Part shown: one piece after another, positions 39,579 through 49,889 of the stretch
Layout: each line of letters starts with the position of its first letter
Position numbering within the stretch: position 1 is the first letter of the stretch
Source of the DNA: Prevotella sp.
GTDB lineage: Bacteria; Bacteroidota; Bacteroidia; Bacteroidales; Bacteroidaceae
DNA length: 64,000 nucleotides
NCBI GenBank assembly: GCA_016286575.1
Contig: JAEETB010000003.1
Coordinates: 406 to 64,405 of the forward strand
Reading direction: 5' to 3'
Translations under genes and position numbers: made by a program
Notes under the pieces: model-generated
The model's database searches: none
What the model saw: the letters and a program-made list of their open reading frames with translations, nothing else
Told to the model about the DNA's origin: nothing

Positions 39579-41082
39579 GTTTCTTTTCCAATTTTAGACG
39601 TTTCTTTTCTGCTTCTACAGCTAAGCGTTCTTCTTCGTACTTATTCCATTCCTTTTCTAAGTATGGAAGGATATAAACGATAGCCAATCCTCCAAAGAAT
39701 GTCAATCCATTAGGATATTGATAAATGACTTGATTTGCATAGCCTGATATTTGTATAGCTAAAAAAGCGCTACACATTCCACCCCCAATACCAATTAAAG
39801 TGGAATTTTTGAGTCTAAAAAGTACAATTCTACATGCTCCTACCAACATGAGCACCATGCAACAAGTAAAAACGGTCACTCCAATAGGACCCGTTCTTAC
39901 CCAAATAAAGACATATTCTGAGTCAGGAGGAATTTCTGAGAGTTTTTTAAACTTATTCCAGGCAGGAATGTCCTGGCTGAAAATGCCGATTCCAATGCCC
40001 CATGGCGCATCTTTCATATATTTAGCTATGGCAGCCTTATTTACATCTCTCACCTTAGCTGATGCATCTTCGTCTCTTTTAAATGCTGATCTCATTCTTC
40101 GCATCTGCTGGTTGCTATTACCTATATTTGTGAACATGAGAATGCAAAGAAAAAAAGCACCAATTATAGCGCTCGGTACCAAAATCCTAACTGACCTTGA
40201 CAAAGCAAGGAACAATATAAAACCTGCAATCATTGTAAACATGGCTGTTCTAGTTCCCGATTGGAACATACCCCATATGACTGCTGCTGATGTAATAAAA
40301 AAGAAAAATTTATCTTTTTTCAGTTTGGATGTGATTCCAAATATCAGGAATGCTACTGCCGAAGAACCTGCATTACAACCATAATTTGCTGCATCGGAGA
40401 ATGTAGACCAATACCTGTAAAGTGTTCCTGCGTTAAGAATATGGGTAACATATCCTACGCTCCATAACCATGAAGTTTCAGCGTCTGTAAACCCGAAATT
40501 AATCATTTTCCATGTCCAAAAGACAGAGAAAAGTGATAAGCCTGCCCAAATTCTTAAATAGGTCATTAATATCTTAGGACTAGTGATGTATAAAGAAAAA
40601 ACAAGTAATATCCATACAAGATGGAGGGCCATCAATCGGGCCCCTGTAAACCAAGCGTTAATGTTCATGCCTAAACCGCATGTGTCGTTGAGTATTTCAA
40701 TACAACAAAATCCACACCATATTCCTATTGCCAATAGCATAAGATTCCCAGCTCGTTCAAAATGGGGCGTTGTTCTTGCATCTATAATGGCAACTCCAAT
40801 CAAGAGCAACTCAAGCATTTCATCTGGTAAAGATTGCGGCATGTGCCAATTGATGTTCTTAAACATGACGAACCAATTGACAAAAATCAGTAGCCAAAAT
40901 GCAAACATTCGCCAAGTAAAAACTGCGTATACAAACAATACAAGCAATGGGGATATACAGATGATGGCAAAATTGCTAAATCCTGCATGAATTAACTCGT
41001 ATATTGCCAGCAAGAATAAGAGAAAGAGCAACAATGCTCTTCCTCCATTTTCTTTGCTAAATGATGTTTGCAGTTTATTCAT
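39562..41082 (-). CDS. O-antigen ligase / Wzy polymerase-like membrane protein
   Basis: Many TMs, SGTRTA, a large periplasmic loop, PWGIGIG and DSEYV. Confidence 0.8.
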   Translation of the reverse strand: MNKLQTSFSKENGGRALLLFLLFLLAIYELIHAGFSNFAIICISPLLVLFVYAVFTWRMFAFWLLIFVNWFVMFKNINWHMPQSLPDEMLELLLIGVAIIDARTTPHFERAGNLMLLAIGIWCGFCCIEILNDTCGLGMNINAWFTGARLMALHLVWILLVFSLYITSPKILMTYLRIWAGLSLFSVFWTWKMINFGFTDAETSWLWSVGYVTHILNAGTLYRYWSTFSDAANYGCNAGSSAVAFLIFGITSKLKKDKFFFFITSAAVIWGMFQSGTRTAMFTMIAGFILFLALSRSVRILVPSAIIGAFFLCILMFTNIGNSNQQMRRMRSAFKRDEDASAKVRDVNKAAIAKYMKDAPWGIGIGIFSQDIPAWNKFKKLSEIPPDSEYVFIWVRTGPIGVTVFTCCMVLMLVGACRIVLFRLKNSTLIGIGGGMCSAFLAIQISGYANQVIYQYPNGLTFFGGLAIVYILPYLEKEWNKYEEERLAVEAEKKRLKLEKKLAKRV

Positions 41083-41098
41083 CTGGAATTATCTGTAT

Positions 41099-43276
41099 TC
41101 ATTTTGCATGGCTATTCTCAACAGCTGTTAATCCCATTTGAGATATCCTATATACAAAATTGTTAAATTTCGTATAAGGCGGTAATTGACCGACGAACTC
41201 TTCTACTGCATATCGTTGACATTCTGTCAGATACATAAAGAGTGTATTCTTGTCCTTTAATTGTTCTTGAAGTTCTTTTAGCGCTTTTTGATCAACATCT
41301 TTCCATGTACGATTAGCACGCGTTACCATCAAATTAATAGTTCCCATATTTAATAAACCGCTAGGAACTGAGTTGTCATCTAGATTTGGATATTCAATGA
41401 TGGCTATTTCATTAGGCAGAATGTCTGGACATATATCTTTGATATCATTGGCCATGATAAAGCGACTATCTTCTGCCAAAAAATCTTCATCGTAGGTGAG
41501 ACGGCGAACTTGCAGTCCAATTGAAATCCAGTAGTTCTCTAATTCCTGAGCAATATAACTTTTACCATTGGCTGCATCAGTAGATAGCAAGTTTAATACA
41601 TTCTGCTGCCCCTCTTTAAAATGTGGCAGAAGAGTTTTGCTTAACTGACGTAGAGCCATATCTGCAATGGTTTTATTGAAACGCCGATAACGTAATGTAC
41701 TTTCTTTCGGGAAGCATCCCATTACAGGAATCTTTGTGATACGCTCTGAACGCATGCGGTCACGTAGTGTCCTATCTAGAAGTTCTATAATAAAGAAATA
41801 CATAGCAGTCAATACAAAAGTCAACATAAATGCTCCCAAAAGAATCATCATACGATTTGTTGGCTGAGCGTTCATTGGAAACATTGGAGGGTTGAGCACA
41901 CGTAGGGTTGCCGTCGTCATCTGCAGGTTTTTCTGTCGTAGTCGAGCAGCATTCAGTGCCTTTAGCATCTCCATATAATTGCCTTCAATAAAACTGATAT
42001 GGCGATCTTTGCGGGCAATTGTTGCTCCAATTGGCGCATAATATAGAATTTCTTTATCCAGTTTCTGTCGCATGATGTCCTGTGCACTTTCGTGAGCTTT
42101 AGTTTTTTCAAGTAATAATACTTGCTCTAACCACCTTTGAATCATGTCACTAGCTTTAACGCCAGTTTCTGTACTGTTTGTTCCTGCTTCGATGTCTTTT
42201 ACTAATCCTCTCACATTGTTTGTGGCATCTTGTAACATTCGTTCTGCTTTGGCTAATTCTAATTGGGATTCAACACCTGTGCCGCCTCCTTCACTATTCA
42301 TCAGTCGGAGATTGGATATACGTGATTGGATCCTGGATATGTCTGTGACTTGGTCTGTGAATTCTTTGTTGGCTTTGATAATTTTCGCACGATCACCTAA
42401 CTGACGTTCCAAATAGTCCATTAATGCTCTAGTCGTAGTTTTATCAATAAGCAAATTATTGTCTGATACTTTTTGGGATGCATCTAATGATGACAATTGT
42501 TTTGTTTGCTCTCCGTAATTGATGATACGTTTTTCGACATTGTAACGGATCATATCATCTTCTGCATTAGTCAAAATACGATATAAACGAGCCACTTCTC
42601 GCTCAAAGAACTTGATGACATTATTTGTCTCACCATAGCGGAGTTGAGCATATTGCCTTGCAAATACTTCATTGAGTATGTCCAACGTATTATAAGCAAT
42701 ACCAGCATCATTTGCAGAATAACCAATATCAATAATGTCGCTATTTCGCATCTGTAGAACTTTTAGTCGGCTAGTTATACTATTGATACCAAACCAAGGG
42801 TGGTAATTCGTGAGACCAAAAATAAAATTATCTGCAGATGGCTTTTCATAAGCTTTTAAATTCGCATATGTCGCATTTTCGCTATTGTGGTTAATCAGCG
42901 CTTTAACCTCTGAAGGTACTGCACTGTTCAATTGGCGAAAATGCTCTGCAGAAATATAGTTGTTGTCTTTGTTGGGATTTCCATACATCATGCATCGGGC
43001 AAATAAACGAAGTGAGACTTCATGAATCGTAACGTCTGTAGAGATTAATAATATGAGATTCGTCATATTTGTTTGGACGTTTCCTCCTGCTGTTCCAGAA
43101 GTACCCTCAATATTGTAAGCCGTAATCATTCCTGTATAGATGGTTGTACTAGTATCATAAATACGTTCCATGTGACGGGTCGAAAACCATGCAACCACTA
43201 AGGCAATTAATGGAAGTATGACCAAATACCAACGAATCTTGTATAAGAACCTGACTATATATCTGAATAAATCCAT
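41099..43276 (-). CDS. Wzc/GumC-like polysaccharide co-polymerase with degenerate kinase domain
   Basis: Two TMs flank a coiled-coil periplasmic domain; LRVLNPP; ELLDRTLR; Walker-A-like STDAANGKS; no C-terminal Tyr cluster. Confidence 0.85.
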   Translation of the reverse strand: MDLFRYIVRFLYKIRWYLVILPLIALVVAWFSTRHMERIYDTSTTIYTGMITAYNIEGTSGTAGGNVQTNMTNLILLISTDVTIHEVSLRLFARCMMYGNPNKDNNYISAEHFRQLNSAVPSEVKALINHNSENATYANLKAYEKPSADNFIFGLTNYHPWFGINSITSRLKVLQMRNSDIIDIGYSANDAGIAYNTLDILNEVFARQYAQLRYGETNNVIKFFEREVARLYRILTNAEDDMIRYNVEKRIINYGEQTKQLSSLDASQKVSDNNLLIDKTTTRALMDYLERQLGDRAKIIKANKEFTDQVTDISRIQSRISNLRLMNSEGGGTGVESQLELAKAERMLQDATNNVRGLVKDIEAGTNSTETGVKASDMIQRWLEQVLLLEKTKAHESAQDIMRQKLDKEILYYAPIGATIARKDRHISFIEGNYMEMLKALNAARLRQKNLQMTTATLRVLNPPMFPMNAQPTNRMMILLGAFMLTFVLTAMYFFIIELLDRTLRDRMRSERITKIPVMGCFPKESTLRYRRFNKTIADMALRQLSKTLLPHFKEGQQNVLNLLSTDAANGKSYIAQELENYWISIGLQVRRLTYDEDFLAEDSRFIMANDIKDICPDILPNEIAIIEYPNLDDNSVPSGLLNMGTINLMVTRANRTWKDVDQKALKELQEQLKDKNTLFMYLTECQRYAVEEFVGQLPPYTKFNNFVYRISQMGLTAVENSHAK

Positions 43277-43294
43277 ATCGAATCACGTTTTAAG

Positions 43295-44251
43295 TTATTT
43301 CTTTTTCTTTTTTTCAGCTTTGGCAGCTGCTTTTGCTGCTTTAGCCTCAGCTTTCTCCAACATTTTTTCTTTCTTATTCTCTTCTTTTACTGCTTTCTTG
43401 ATACGCTTTTCAACAGCCTTGTTCTCTTTCGCAATTTCTTTATCTGTTTTGTGTGATTTCTCGTCAAGAGTTATTTCTGTTGTCGAATTTGTAATAATAG
43501 GTGTATGAGTTAAAATTTCTAGTGTGATAATGTCTGTTGTAATGTCGGTTTGAAGGGTTTGGTAACCAGAAACCTGTCCACTCTCGTACATTTTTGTGTG
43601 GGCATATGCTTCAATACCCATGTTGCCATTTTCAAAATCTTCACGATTTAAAGCACCAGCACCTTGATAGGCAGCGGCTGCTTCTCCTAGAGTTTTTAAA
43701 GTTACGAGGCTATTTGTAATTTTTATAAATAAAGAAGCAATCTGAAGTTTTAATTGATCATATGCTATATCCTTATCAATAACAGCTTTGTCTACTTCCA
43801 ATTTCTTACGCTTTACAGCTGCAGTTAAATCTAAAATATCTTCTACAGGAAGTCTTAACGAAATACCAATATTCCAATAGTTAGATTCTGTACCCTGATA
43901 TTGCATTACCATGGGTGTATATGCGCCGCTACTATTGCCCCACATATCTCCTTTGCCATAGCTATAGCTGGCATTTGCACTCAGATATGAGAAGATGTGT
44001 CTTTTCTGCTTGGCTACTTCAGCCTGAGCTATTTCTCGGGCTTTTTCCAAAGATAAAATCTGGGGCGTTGATTTCGCATTCTCCAACAATACTGACAACG
44101 GCGGCAGGTGGAACTCGGAGAAATTAATATCTTTATCCTTGCTGGAGTCGAAGAATCCAGCGGCGATTCCGCTTTCGTCGAATTGGGCGAAGGCGGAGGT
44201 GGTTGTTCCTGCGATGGCTACAATAAATAATAGTCTTTTTAACTTATTCAT
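43295..44251 (-). CDS. Short TolC/OEP-like outer-membrane protein
   Basis: Signal peptide, LPPLSVLLENA, helix-beta hairpin-helix pattern (LSANASYSYG...NIGISLRLPV) and a Lys/Ala/Glu-rich tail. Confidence 0.7.
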   Translation of the reverse strand: MNKLKRLLFIVAIAGTTTSAFAQFDESGIAAGFFDSSKDKDINFSEFHLPPLSVLLENAKSTPQILSLEKAREIAQAEVAKQKRHIFSYLSANASYSYGKGDMWGNSSGAYTPMVMQYQGTESNYWNIGISLRLPVEDILDLTAAVKRKKLEVDKAVIDKDIAYDQLKLQIASLFIKITNSLVTLKTLGEAAAAYQGAGALNREDFENGNMGIEAYAHTKMYESGQVSGYQTLQTDITTDIITLEILTHTPIITNSTTEITLDEKSHKTDKEIAKENKAVEKRIKKAVKEENKKEKMLEKAEAKAAKAAAKAEKKKKK

Positions 44252-44274
44252 TGCTATGGGGGTTAATAACGTTT

Positions 44275-45483
44275 CTAAACATTTTCTTTTTGAACGAAGC
44301 CTGTCAGCGTACGGAAGATAATCTGCATGTCCATCTTGAAACTGTAGTTACGACCATACTCGATATCCAACTGCTTGCGCTCCTCGGCAGACATCATGCC
44401 GCCTTTACCACGCTCTTCCACCTGCCAGAGACCTGTAAGGCCTGCGGGTGCCATAAAGCGGTCGATGCTCTTGTCTGCCGTGAGCTTTTCTGCCTCGTAG
44501 AGGGGGAGGGGACGATTGCCGACAATCGACATGTCACCTTTTAATATATTAAAGAGCTGCGGTAATTCGTCGATACTGTATTTGCGAATGAACTTGCCGA
44601 CCTTTGTGACACGTGGGTCGTTCTCAATCTTGACGAAGGCGTTTTCGATTTCTTCTTTCTTCTCCTTCGCATAGTCGCTCTCAGCTACCACGTAGTCGTC
44701 ACCTACCAGCATGACCTCATCATCGCTGATCATCATGTCGGACTCCATGCCCATATCCATCATCATCATCTCGGCCTCATCGCCAAGCGGAGCAGTGATA
44801 ACATGCTCTTCCTCAGGCTCTTCCTTCTTTTCGGCATATTGGTTGCCTTCCTCTTTAGCCACATCCTTCAGACGCTGCTCGGCATCTTCATACATGGAGC
44901 GGAACTTCAGGAAATCGAAGATGGTGTAGTTGGTTCCTACGCGCTTTGACTTAAAGATAACGGGACCCTTACTCTCCAGACGGATGGCAATGGCAGTGAT
45001 GATAAATACTGGCGAGAGAATAATGATGGCCAGTAATGAGAAGAATATGTCGAAGAGACGTTTCCAAACAGGAATCTTGAACTTCAACATGCGGTATTTG
45101 GGTACGGCATCGTCGAATAATATAGTCTCACGATCCGCAATGAAGGTGATCTTCTTATTAAGATCCGTGATAGATGAAGCTGCATTGACGGTATCGTTGA
45201 TACCGCACTTCTGATACATCTGCCTGTCTTCCTTTGACAGATCATGGGTGAGCAGGATGATATATACGCCCTTGCTCTTCTTCTTCAGATAGGTGATGGC
45301 AGTGATGTCCTCATTGAGCACACCCTGTTCGAAGAACACAATGAAGTGCTCATTACGGACATGGGTAGAGCAGGCTGCAGCTGCCTCCTTGTAATTCTTC
45401 GTATATTGTACCAGACGACCGGGAATGTACTTCAGACGTTCCTCAGTTTCGGGATTACTACCAAGATATACAACGCCTATCAT
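44275..45483 (-). CDS. Priming phosphoglycosyl transferase with N-terminal receiver-like domain
   Basis: KRLFDI, KFRSM and DPRVTKVGKFIRKYSIDELPQLFNILKGDMSIVGNRP. The first ~120 aa show a receiver-like beta/alpha pattern. Confidence 0.92.
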   Translation of the reverse strand: MIGVVYLGSNPETEERLKYIPGRLVQYTKNYKEAAAACSTHVRNEHFIVFFEQGVLNEDITAITYLKKKSKGVYIILLTHDLSKEDRQMYQKCGINDTVNAASSITDLNKKITFIADRETILFDDAVPKYRMLKFKIPVWKRLFDIFFSLLAIIILSPVFIITAIAIRLESKGPVIFKSKRVGTNYTIFDFLKFRSMYEDAEQRLKDVAKEEGNQYAEKKEEPEEEHVITAPLGDEAEMMMMDMGMESDMMISDDEVMLVGDDYVVAESDYAKEKKEEIENAFVKIENDPRVTKVGKFIRKYSIDELPQLFNILKGDMSIVGNRPLPLYEAEKLTADKSIDRFMAPAGLTGLWQVEERGKGGMMSAEERKQLDIEYGRNYSFKMDMQIIFRTLTGFVQKENV

Positions 45484-45497
45484 ATCGACTGCTTATC

Positions 45498-45863
45498 TTA
45501 GGGGATAATCTTCTTGACGCGGATTTTCAATTCCATCGGATTGAAAGGCTTCACGATGTAATCCTCGGCACCGATCTCCAACAGACGGATACGCTCACTG
45601 GTAGAGTCCTCACTGGACAGCATAATCACTGGAATGTGCTGGAACAGCTCATTCTGCTTGATCCACTCCAGAAAGTCGTCACCTCGCATACCCGGCATGC
45701 GGATATCTGAGATAATCAGGTCGGGGGTATTTCCTGCCTGAAGCCATTTTACTCCTTGCAAACCATCGGGCAGCCACTGTACATCGTAGTCGCTCATGAG
45801 GTAGATAGAGAGGACCTTGGCTATGGTCTCTTTGTCGTCAAGTATTAGTATTTTTTTCTTCAT
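45498..45863 (-). CDS. Single-domain response regulator (CheY-like)
   Basis: ILILDD, LIISDIRMPGMRG, VIMLSS and GAEDYIVKPF; 121 aa. -7 box at 45906-45913. Confidence 0.93.
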   Translation of the reverse strand: MKKKILILDDKETIAKVLSIYLMSDYDVQWLPDGLQGVKWLQAGNTPDLIISDIRMPGMRGDDFLEWIKQNELFQHIPVIMLSSEDSTSERIRLLEIGAEDYIVKPFNPMELKIRVKKIIP

Positions 45864-46047
45864 ATATGAATTGAATTTATTCGGTAATATCGTTATTCTA
45901 AAGTGCAAAGGTAAACAAAAAATTTTAATTGTGTTCAAAATATCGTAAAAAAATCACTTTTTTTCGAAAAAAAGTTGTTTAAATCGAAAAAAAAGGGGAA
46001 ATTTGCAAGAAAACCGTATTATAAATAGAAACTCATTCTTATTAATT

Positions 46048-47538
46048 ATGGCAAATAGATATCTATTAGGTTTTGATGTCGGTAGCTCATCAGTGAAGGC
46101 ATCTTTGGTTAACGCCGATAGCGGCAAGTGTGTAGCATCAGCTTTCTATCCTGAGAAGGAAGCACCTATCATGGCTGTCAAGGCTGGGTGGGCAGAGCAG
46201 GATCCCCAGATGTGGTGGGAGAATGCCAAGTTGAGTCTGAAAAAGATCATGGCTGACTCTGGAGCCAAGGCTGAAGAAATCAAGGCTGTCGGCATCTCTT
46301 ATCAGATGCATGGTCTGGTGTGTGTTGACAAGAATCTCAAGGCCCTGCGTCCTGCCATCATCTGGTGCGACTCTCGTGCCGTTCCCTATGGTGAGAAGGC
46401 TTTCAAGGAACTTGGCGCAGATCAGTGCCTGGGTCATCTGCTGAATTCTCCTGGTAACTTTACAGCTGCCAAACTGGCATGGGTGAAGGAAAACGAGCCT
46501 GAGCTATATAGTAATATATATAAGGTAATGCTTCCTGGTGATTATATTGCTATGCGACTCAGTGGTACCGTTAATACGACGGTCAGCGGCCTTTCTGAAG
46601 GTATGTTCTGGGATTTCAAGAACAATCAAGTGGCTGATTTCCTGATGAAGTACTATGGTTTCGACAATTCTCTGATTGCTGACATCGTGCCGACATTTGC
46701 CGAGCAGAGTGTAGTCAGCGCTGAGGCTGCTGCTGAGATGGGACTGCAGGCAGGTACACCGATAACCTATCGTGGTGGTGACCAACCGAATAACGCTCTG
46801 TCACTGAATGTAATGAATCCTGGTGAGATTGCTGCAACTGGTGGCACTTCTGGAGTTGTCTATGGCGTGCTGGGTGAGGTGAACTACGACCCTCAGAGTC
46901 GTGTAAATACCTTTGCTCATGTGAATCATACGGCAGATCAGACTCGTCTGGGTGTATTGCTTTGTATCAACGGTACAGGTATCCTGAATGCCTGGACTCA
47001 TCGTAACATCACGCCGGATGTGGGCTATGCTGAGATGAACGACTTGGCGGCTACTGTGCCCATCGGCAGTGAGGGTGTAACGATTATTCCATTTGGAAAT
47101 GGTGCTGAGCGTGTGCTCGAGAATAAGGAGATTGGCTGCTCTATTAATGGAGTGAACTTTAACAAGCACAACAAGGCTCATTTGGTTCGTGCTGCTCAGG
47201 AGGGTATCGTCTTCTCGTTCTGCTATGGTATGGAGATCATGCAGAAGATGGGTATGGATATCAAGAATATTCATGCAGGTAAGGCCAATATGTTCTTGAG
47301 TCCGTTGTTCCGTGATACACTGGCTGGTGTCAGTGGCGCTACTATCGAACTGTATGATACTGATGGCTCCGTAGGTGCTGCCAAGGGTGCTGGTATCGGT
47401 GCTGGTATCTACAAGGATAACAACGAGGCTTTTGCTTCGCTTGACAAACTCCAGGTCATTGAGCCCAAGGAGGCTGACCGTGCAGCTTATGCTGAGGCTT
47501 ATGCCCGTTGGAAAGAAACGCTTCAGTCGAAGATCTGA
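46048..47538 (+). CDS. xylB: Xylulokinase (FGGY family)
   Basis: GFDVGSSSVKA, AEQDP, SYQMHG, IIWCDSR, GGDQP and GTSG. Confidence 0.9.
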   Translation: MANRYLLGFDVGSSSVKASLVNADSGKCVASAFYPEKEAPIMAVKAGWAEQDPQMWWENAKLSLKKIMADSGAKAEEIKAVGISYQMHGLVCVDKNLKALRPAIIWCDSRAVPYGEKAFKELGADQCLGHLLNSPGNFTAAKLAWVKENEPELYSNIYKVMLPGDYIAMRLSGTVNTTVSGLSEGMFWDFKNNQVADFLMKYYGFDNSLIADIVPTFAEQSVVSAEAAAEMGLQAGTPITYRGGDQPNNALSLNVMNPGEIAATGGTSGVVYGVLGEVNYDPQSRVNTFAHVNHTADQTRLGVLLCINGTGILNAWTHRNITPDVGYAEMNDLAATVPIGSEGVTIIPFGNGAERVLENKEIGCSINGVNFNKHNKAHLVRAAQEGIVFSFCYGMEIMQKMGMDIKNIHAGKANMFLSPLFRDTLAGVSGATIELYDTDGSVGAAKGAGIGAGIYKDNNEAFASLDKLQVIEPKEADRAAYAEAYARWKETLQSKI

Positions 47539-47548
47539 TAATCTAATC

Positions 47549-47580
47549 AAGAAGCCCGCCAATTAATCGGCGGGCTTCTT
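47549..47580. terminator. Bidirectional hairpin terminator between xylB and fcl
   Basis: aagaagcccgcc-aattaatc-ggcgggcttctt, a perfect 12-bp stem. Confidence 0.88.
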
Positions 47581-47600
47581 ATTTCCTATATAATTCAGAA

Positions 47601-48800
47601 TTATTCCAAACTTTCCTTATACCATTGGAACAATTTTGCAACACCATCTTCAATCTCGACCTTATGCGTCCAACCAAGAGAGTGGAGCTTCGATACATCG
47701 ATGAGTTTACGCATCGTGCCATCGGGTTTAGAGGCATCAAACTCCACAACGCCCTCAAAGCCAACGGCCTTGACAACAAGTTCTGAGAGTTCGCGTATGG
47801 TCAGCTCTTTGCCTGTTCCTACATTGATATGACAGTTTCGGATCTCGCCCAGCTTGGGAATTGCGCCTCCACGACCTGCACTATGATTGCGATCTACGGC
47901 ACCATCCGTTGAGGCTCCGAAATGAACGGATGAGTATTTCTCAATGCCAATGATATCCGAGAAGTTCACGTTCAATAGCACATGTACTGAGGCATCGGCC
48001 ATATCTTCGCTCCAAAGGAATTCGCGAAGGGGAGTGCCTGTACCCCAGAGCACCACCTTATTATTATAAATACCGTATTTGGATAAAATGTCAAGAGCTT
48101 TTTGCTTCATTGACAGTTGACAGTTGACAGTTGACAGACCTTCGCCGGTGACGCCTTCGACGGGGCGTTTATTGAGGTCAATGGCTATCTTGTCCCACTC
48201 GCCATCATGTATCAGCTTTGCCAGATAGATCTTACGCATCATGGCAGGCATCACGTGACTGTTCTCCAGATGGAAGTTGTCATTGGGGCCATAGAGGTTG
48301 GTGGGCATGACAGCAATATAGTTGGTGCCATATTGAAGGTTATAGCTTTCGCACATCTTCAGTCCTGCAATCTTCGCAATGGCATATTCCTCATTAGTAT
48401 ATTCCAAAGGTGATGTCAGCAGACAATCTTCCTTCATAGGCTGAGGCGCATTCTTAGGATAGATGCATGTTGAGCCCAGGAAGAGTAACTTCTTTACGCC
48501 ATGAGCGTATGCTTCAGAGATGACATTGCACTGGATCTTCATGTTCATCATGATGAAGTCTGCACGATAGAGTGAGTTGGCCATGATACCACCCACAAAA
48601 GCAGCGGCAAGTACCACCGCATCAGGACGCTCCTCGTCGAAGAATTTCTTAACGGCTACCTGGTCCGTAAGGTCCAAATCCTTGTGGGAGCGACCTATAA
48701 GATTGGTATAACCCCTCGAAAGGAGGTTATTCCAAATAGCGGAACCCACAAGTCCGTGATGTCCCGCTACGTATATCTTACTGTTCTTGTCCAGACTCAT
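47601..48800 (-). CDS. fcl: GDP-L-fucose synthase
   Basis: [45 protein letters not shown] and [15 protein letters not shown]-coupled to gmd. Confidence 0.95.
   Translation of the reverse strand: MSLDKNSKIYVAGHHGLVGSAIWNNLLSRGYTNLIGRSHKDLDLTDQVAVKKFFDEERPDAVVLAAAFVGGIMANSLYRADFIMMNMKIQCNVISEAYAHGVKKLLFLGSTCIYPKNAPQPMKEDCLLTSPLEYTNEEYAIAKIAGLKMCESYNLQYGTNYIAVMPTNLYGPNDNFHLENSHVMPAMMRKIYLAKLIHDGEWDKIAIDLNKRPVEGVTGEGLSTVNCQLSMKQKALDILSKYGIYNNKVVLWGTGTPLREFLWSEDMADASVHVLLNVNFSDIIGIEKYSSVHFGASTDGAVDRNHSAGRGGAIPKLGEIRNCHINVGTGKELTIRELSELVVKAVGFEGVVEFDASKPDGTMRKLIDVSKLHSLGWTHKVEIEDGVAKLFQWYKESLE
48110..48137 (+). repeat. Perfect 7-bp tandem repeat (TTGACAG)x4 inside fcl
   Basis: Encodes LSTVNCQLS on the minus strand. 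Confidence 0.95.
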
Positions 48801-49882
48801 TCCTCCATCTGTGCTTTGATGAACAACTTCTTGACGAACTTCATGTCGTGCTGTACCATAATCTTCACAAGATCGGGGAAGGAAGTCTTCTGCGGATTCC
48901 AACCCAACTTGGCCTTGGCTTTTGCGGGGTTGCCCAACAGCTGATCTACCTCTGCAGGACGGAAGTACTTAGGATCGACCTCAACGATGGCTTTGCCTGT
49001 CGCCTTGTCGTAACCTTTCTCATCGACACCGTCTCCACGCCACTCAAGTTCGATTCCAACCTCCTTGAAAGCGAGGGTGGCAAATTCACGAACAGTGTGG
49101 TATTCGCCTGTAGCGATTACGAAGTCATCTGGTTCTGGCTGTTGAAGAATCAGCCACATACACTCGATATAGTCTTTGGCATATCCCCAATCGCGAAGAG
49201 AGTTCAGATTACCCAGATAGAGTTTATCCTGATAACCTTGAGCGATACGGGCTGCAGCAAGGGTAATCTTACGAGTCACAAAAGTCTCACCACGACGCTC
49301 ACTCTCATGATTGAAGAGAATACCATTGCAGCAGAACATATTATATGATTCGCGATAGTTCTTCATAATCCAGAAGCCATAGAGTTTGGCGACAGCGTAT
49401 GGAGAACGGGGATAGAAGGGGGTCGTCTCAGACTGAGGCACCTCTTGCACCTTACCATAAAGTTCTGATGTCGAAGCCTGATAGATACGACAAGTATCAG
49501 CCAGTCCACAGATACGAACAGCCTCTAACAGACGGAGAACGCCATTGGCATCAGTATCAGCAGTATACTCGGGCACATCGAAGGATACTTTTACATGGCT
49601 CTGAGCAGCCAGATTATAAATCTCCGTTGGACGAATTTTCGAGATAACACGAATCAGAGAGGATGAGTCCGTCATGTCTGCCCAGTGCAGATTCACGAGA
49701 CGGGACTTTTTCATATCACGCACCCACTCATCGAGATAAAGATGTTCGATACGAGCAGTGTTGAACGATGAAGATCGGCGCATCAGACCATGCACCTCAT
49801 AACCTTTTTCAATTAAGAATTCGGCCAGGTAGGATCCATCCTGACCAGTAATACCTGTAATAAGAGCAACTTTTTTATCCAT
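48797..49882 (-). CDS. gmd: GDP-mannose 4,6-dehydratase
   Basis: [43 protein letters not shown] and [16 protein letters not shown]. Confidence 0.97.
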   Translation of the reverse strand: MDKKVALITGITGQDGSYLAEFLIEKGYEVHGLMRRSSSFNTARIEHLYLDEWVRDMKKSRLVNLHWADMTDSSSLIRVISKIRPTEIYNLAAQSHVKVSFDVPEYTADTDANGVLRLLEAVRICGLADTCRIYQASTSELYGKVQEVPQSETTPFYPRSPYAVAKLYGFWIMKNYRESYNMFCCNGILFNHESERRGETFVTRKITLAAARIAQGYQDKLYLGNLNSLRDWGYAKDYIECMWLILQQPEPDDFVIATGEYHTVREFATLAFKEVGIELEWRGDGVDEKGYDKATGKAIVEVDPKYFRPAEVDQLLGNPAKAKAKLGWNPQKTSFPDLVKIMVQHDMKFVKKLFIKAQMEE

Positions 49883-49889
49883 ATTTTTG

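Noticed and set aside
46801-47562. 253-aa ORF antisense to xylB
   Set aside because: Shadow ORF of a strongly codon-biased gene.
47830-47940. Extra segment in Fcl ([23 protein letters not shown])
   Set aside because: Not repeat-like and recalled as a lineage-typical loop; it cannot be shown to be unusual without an alignment.
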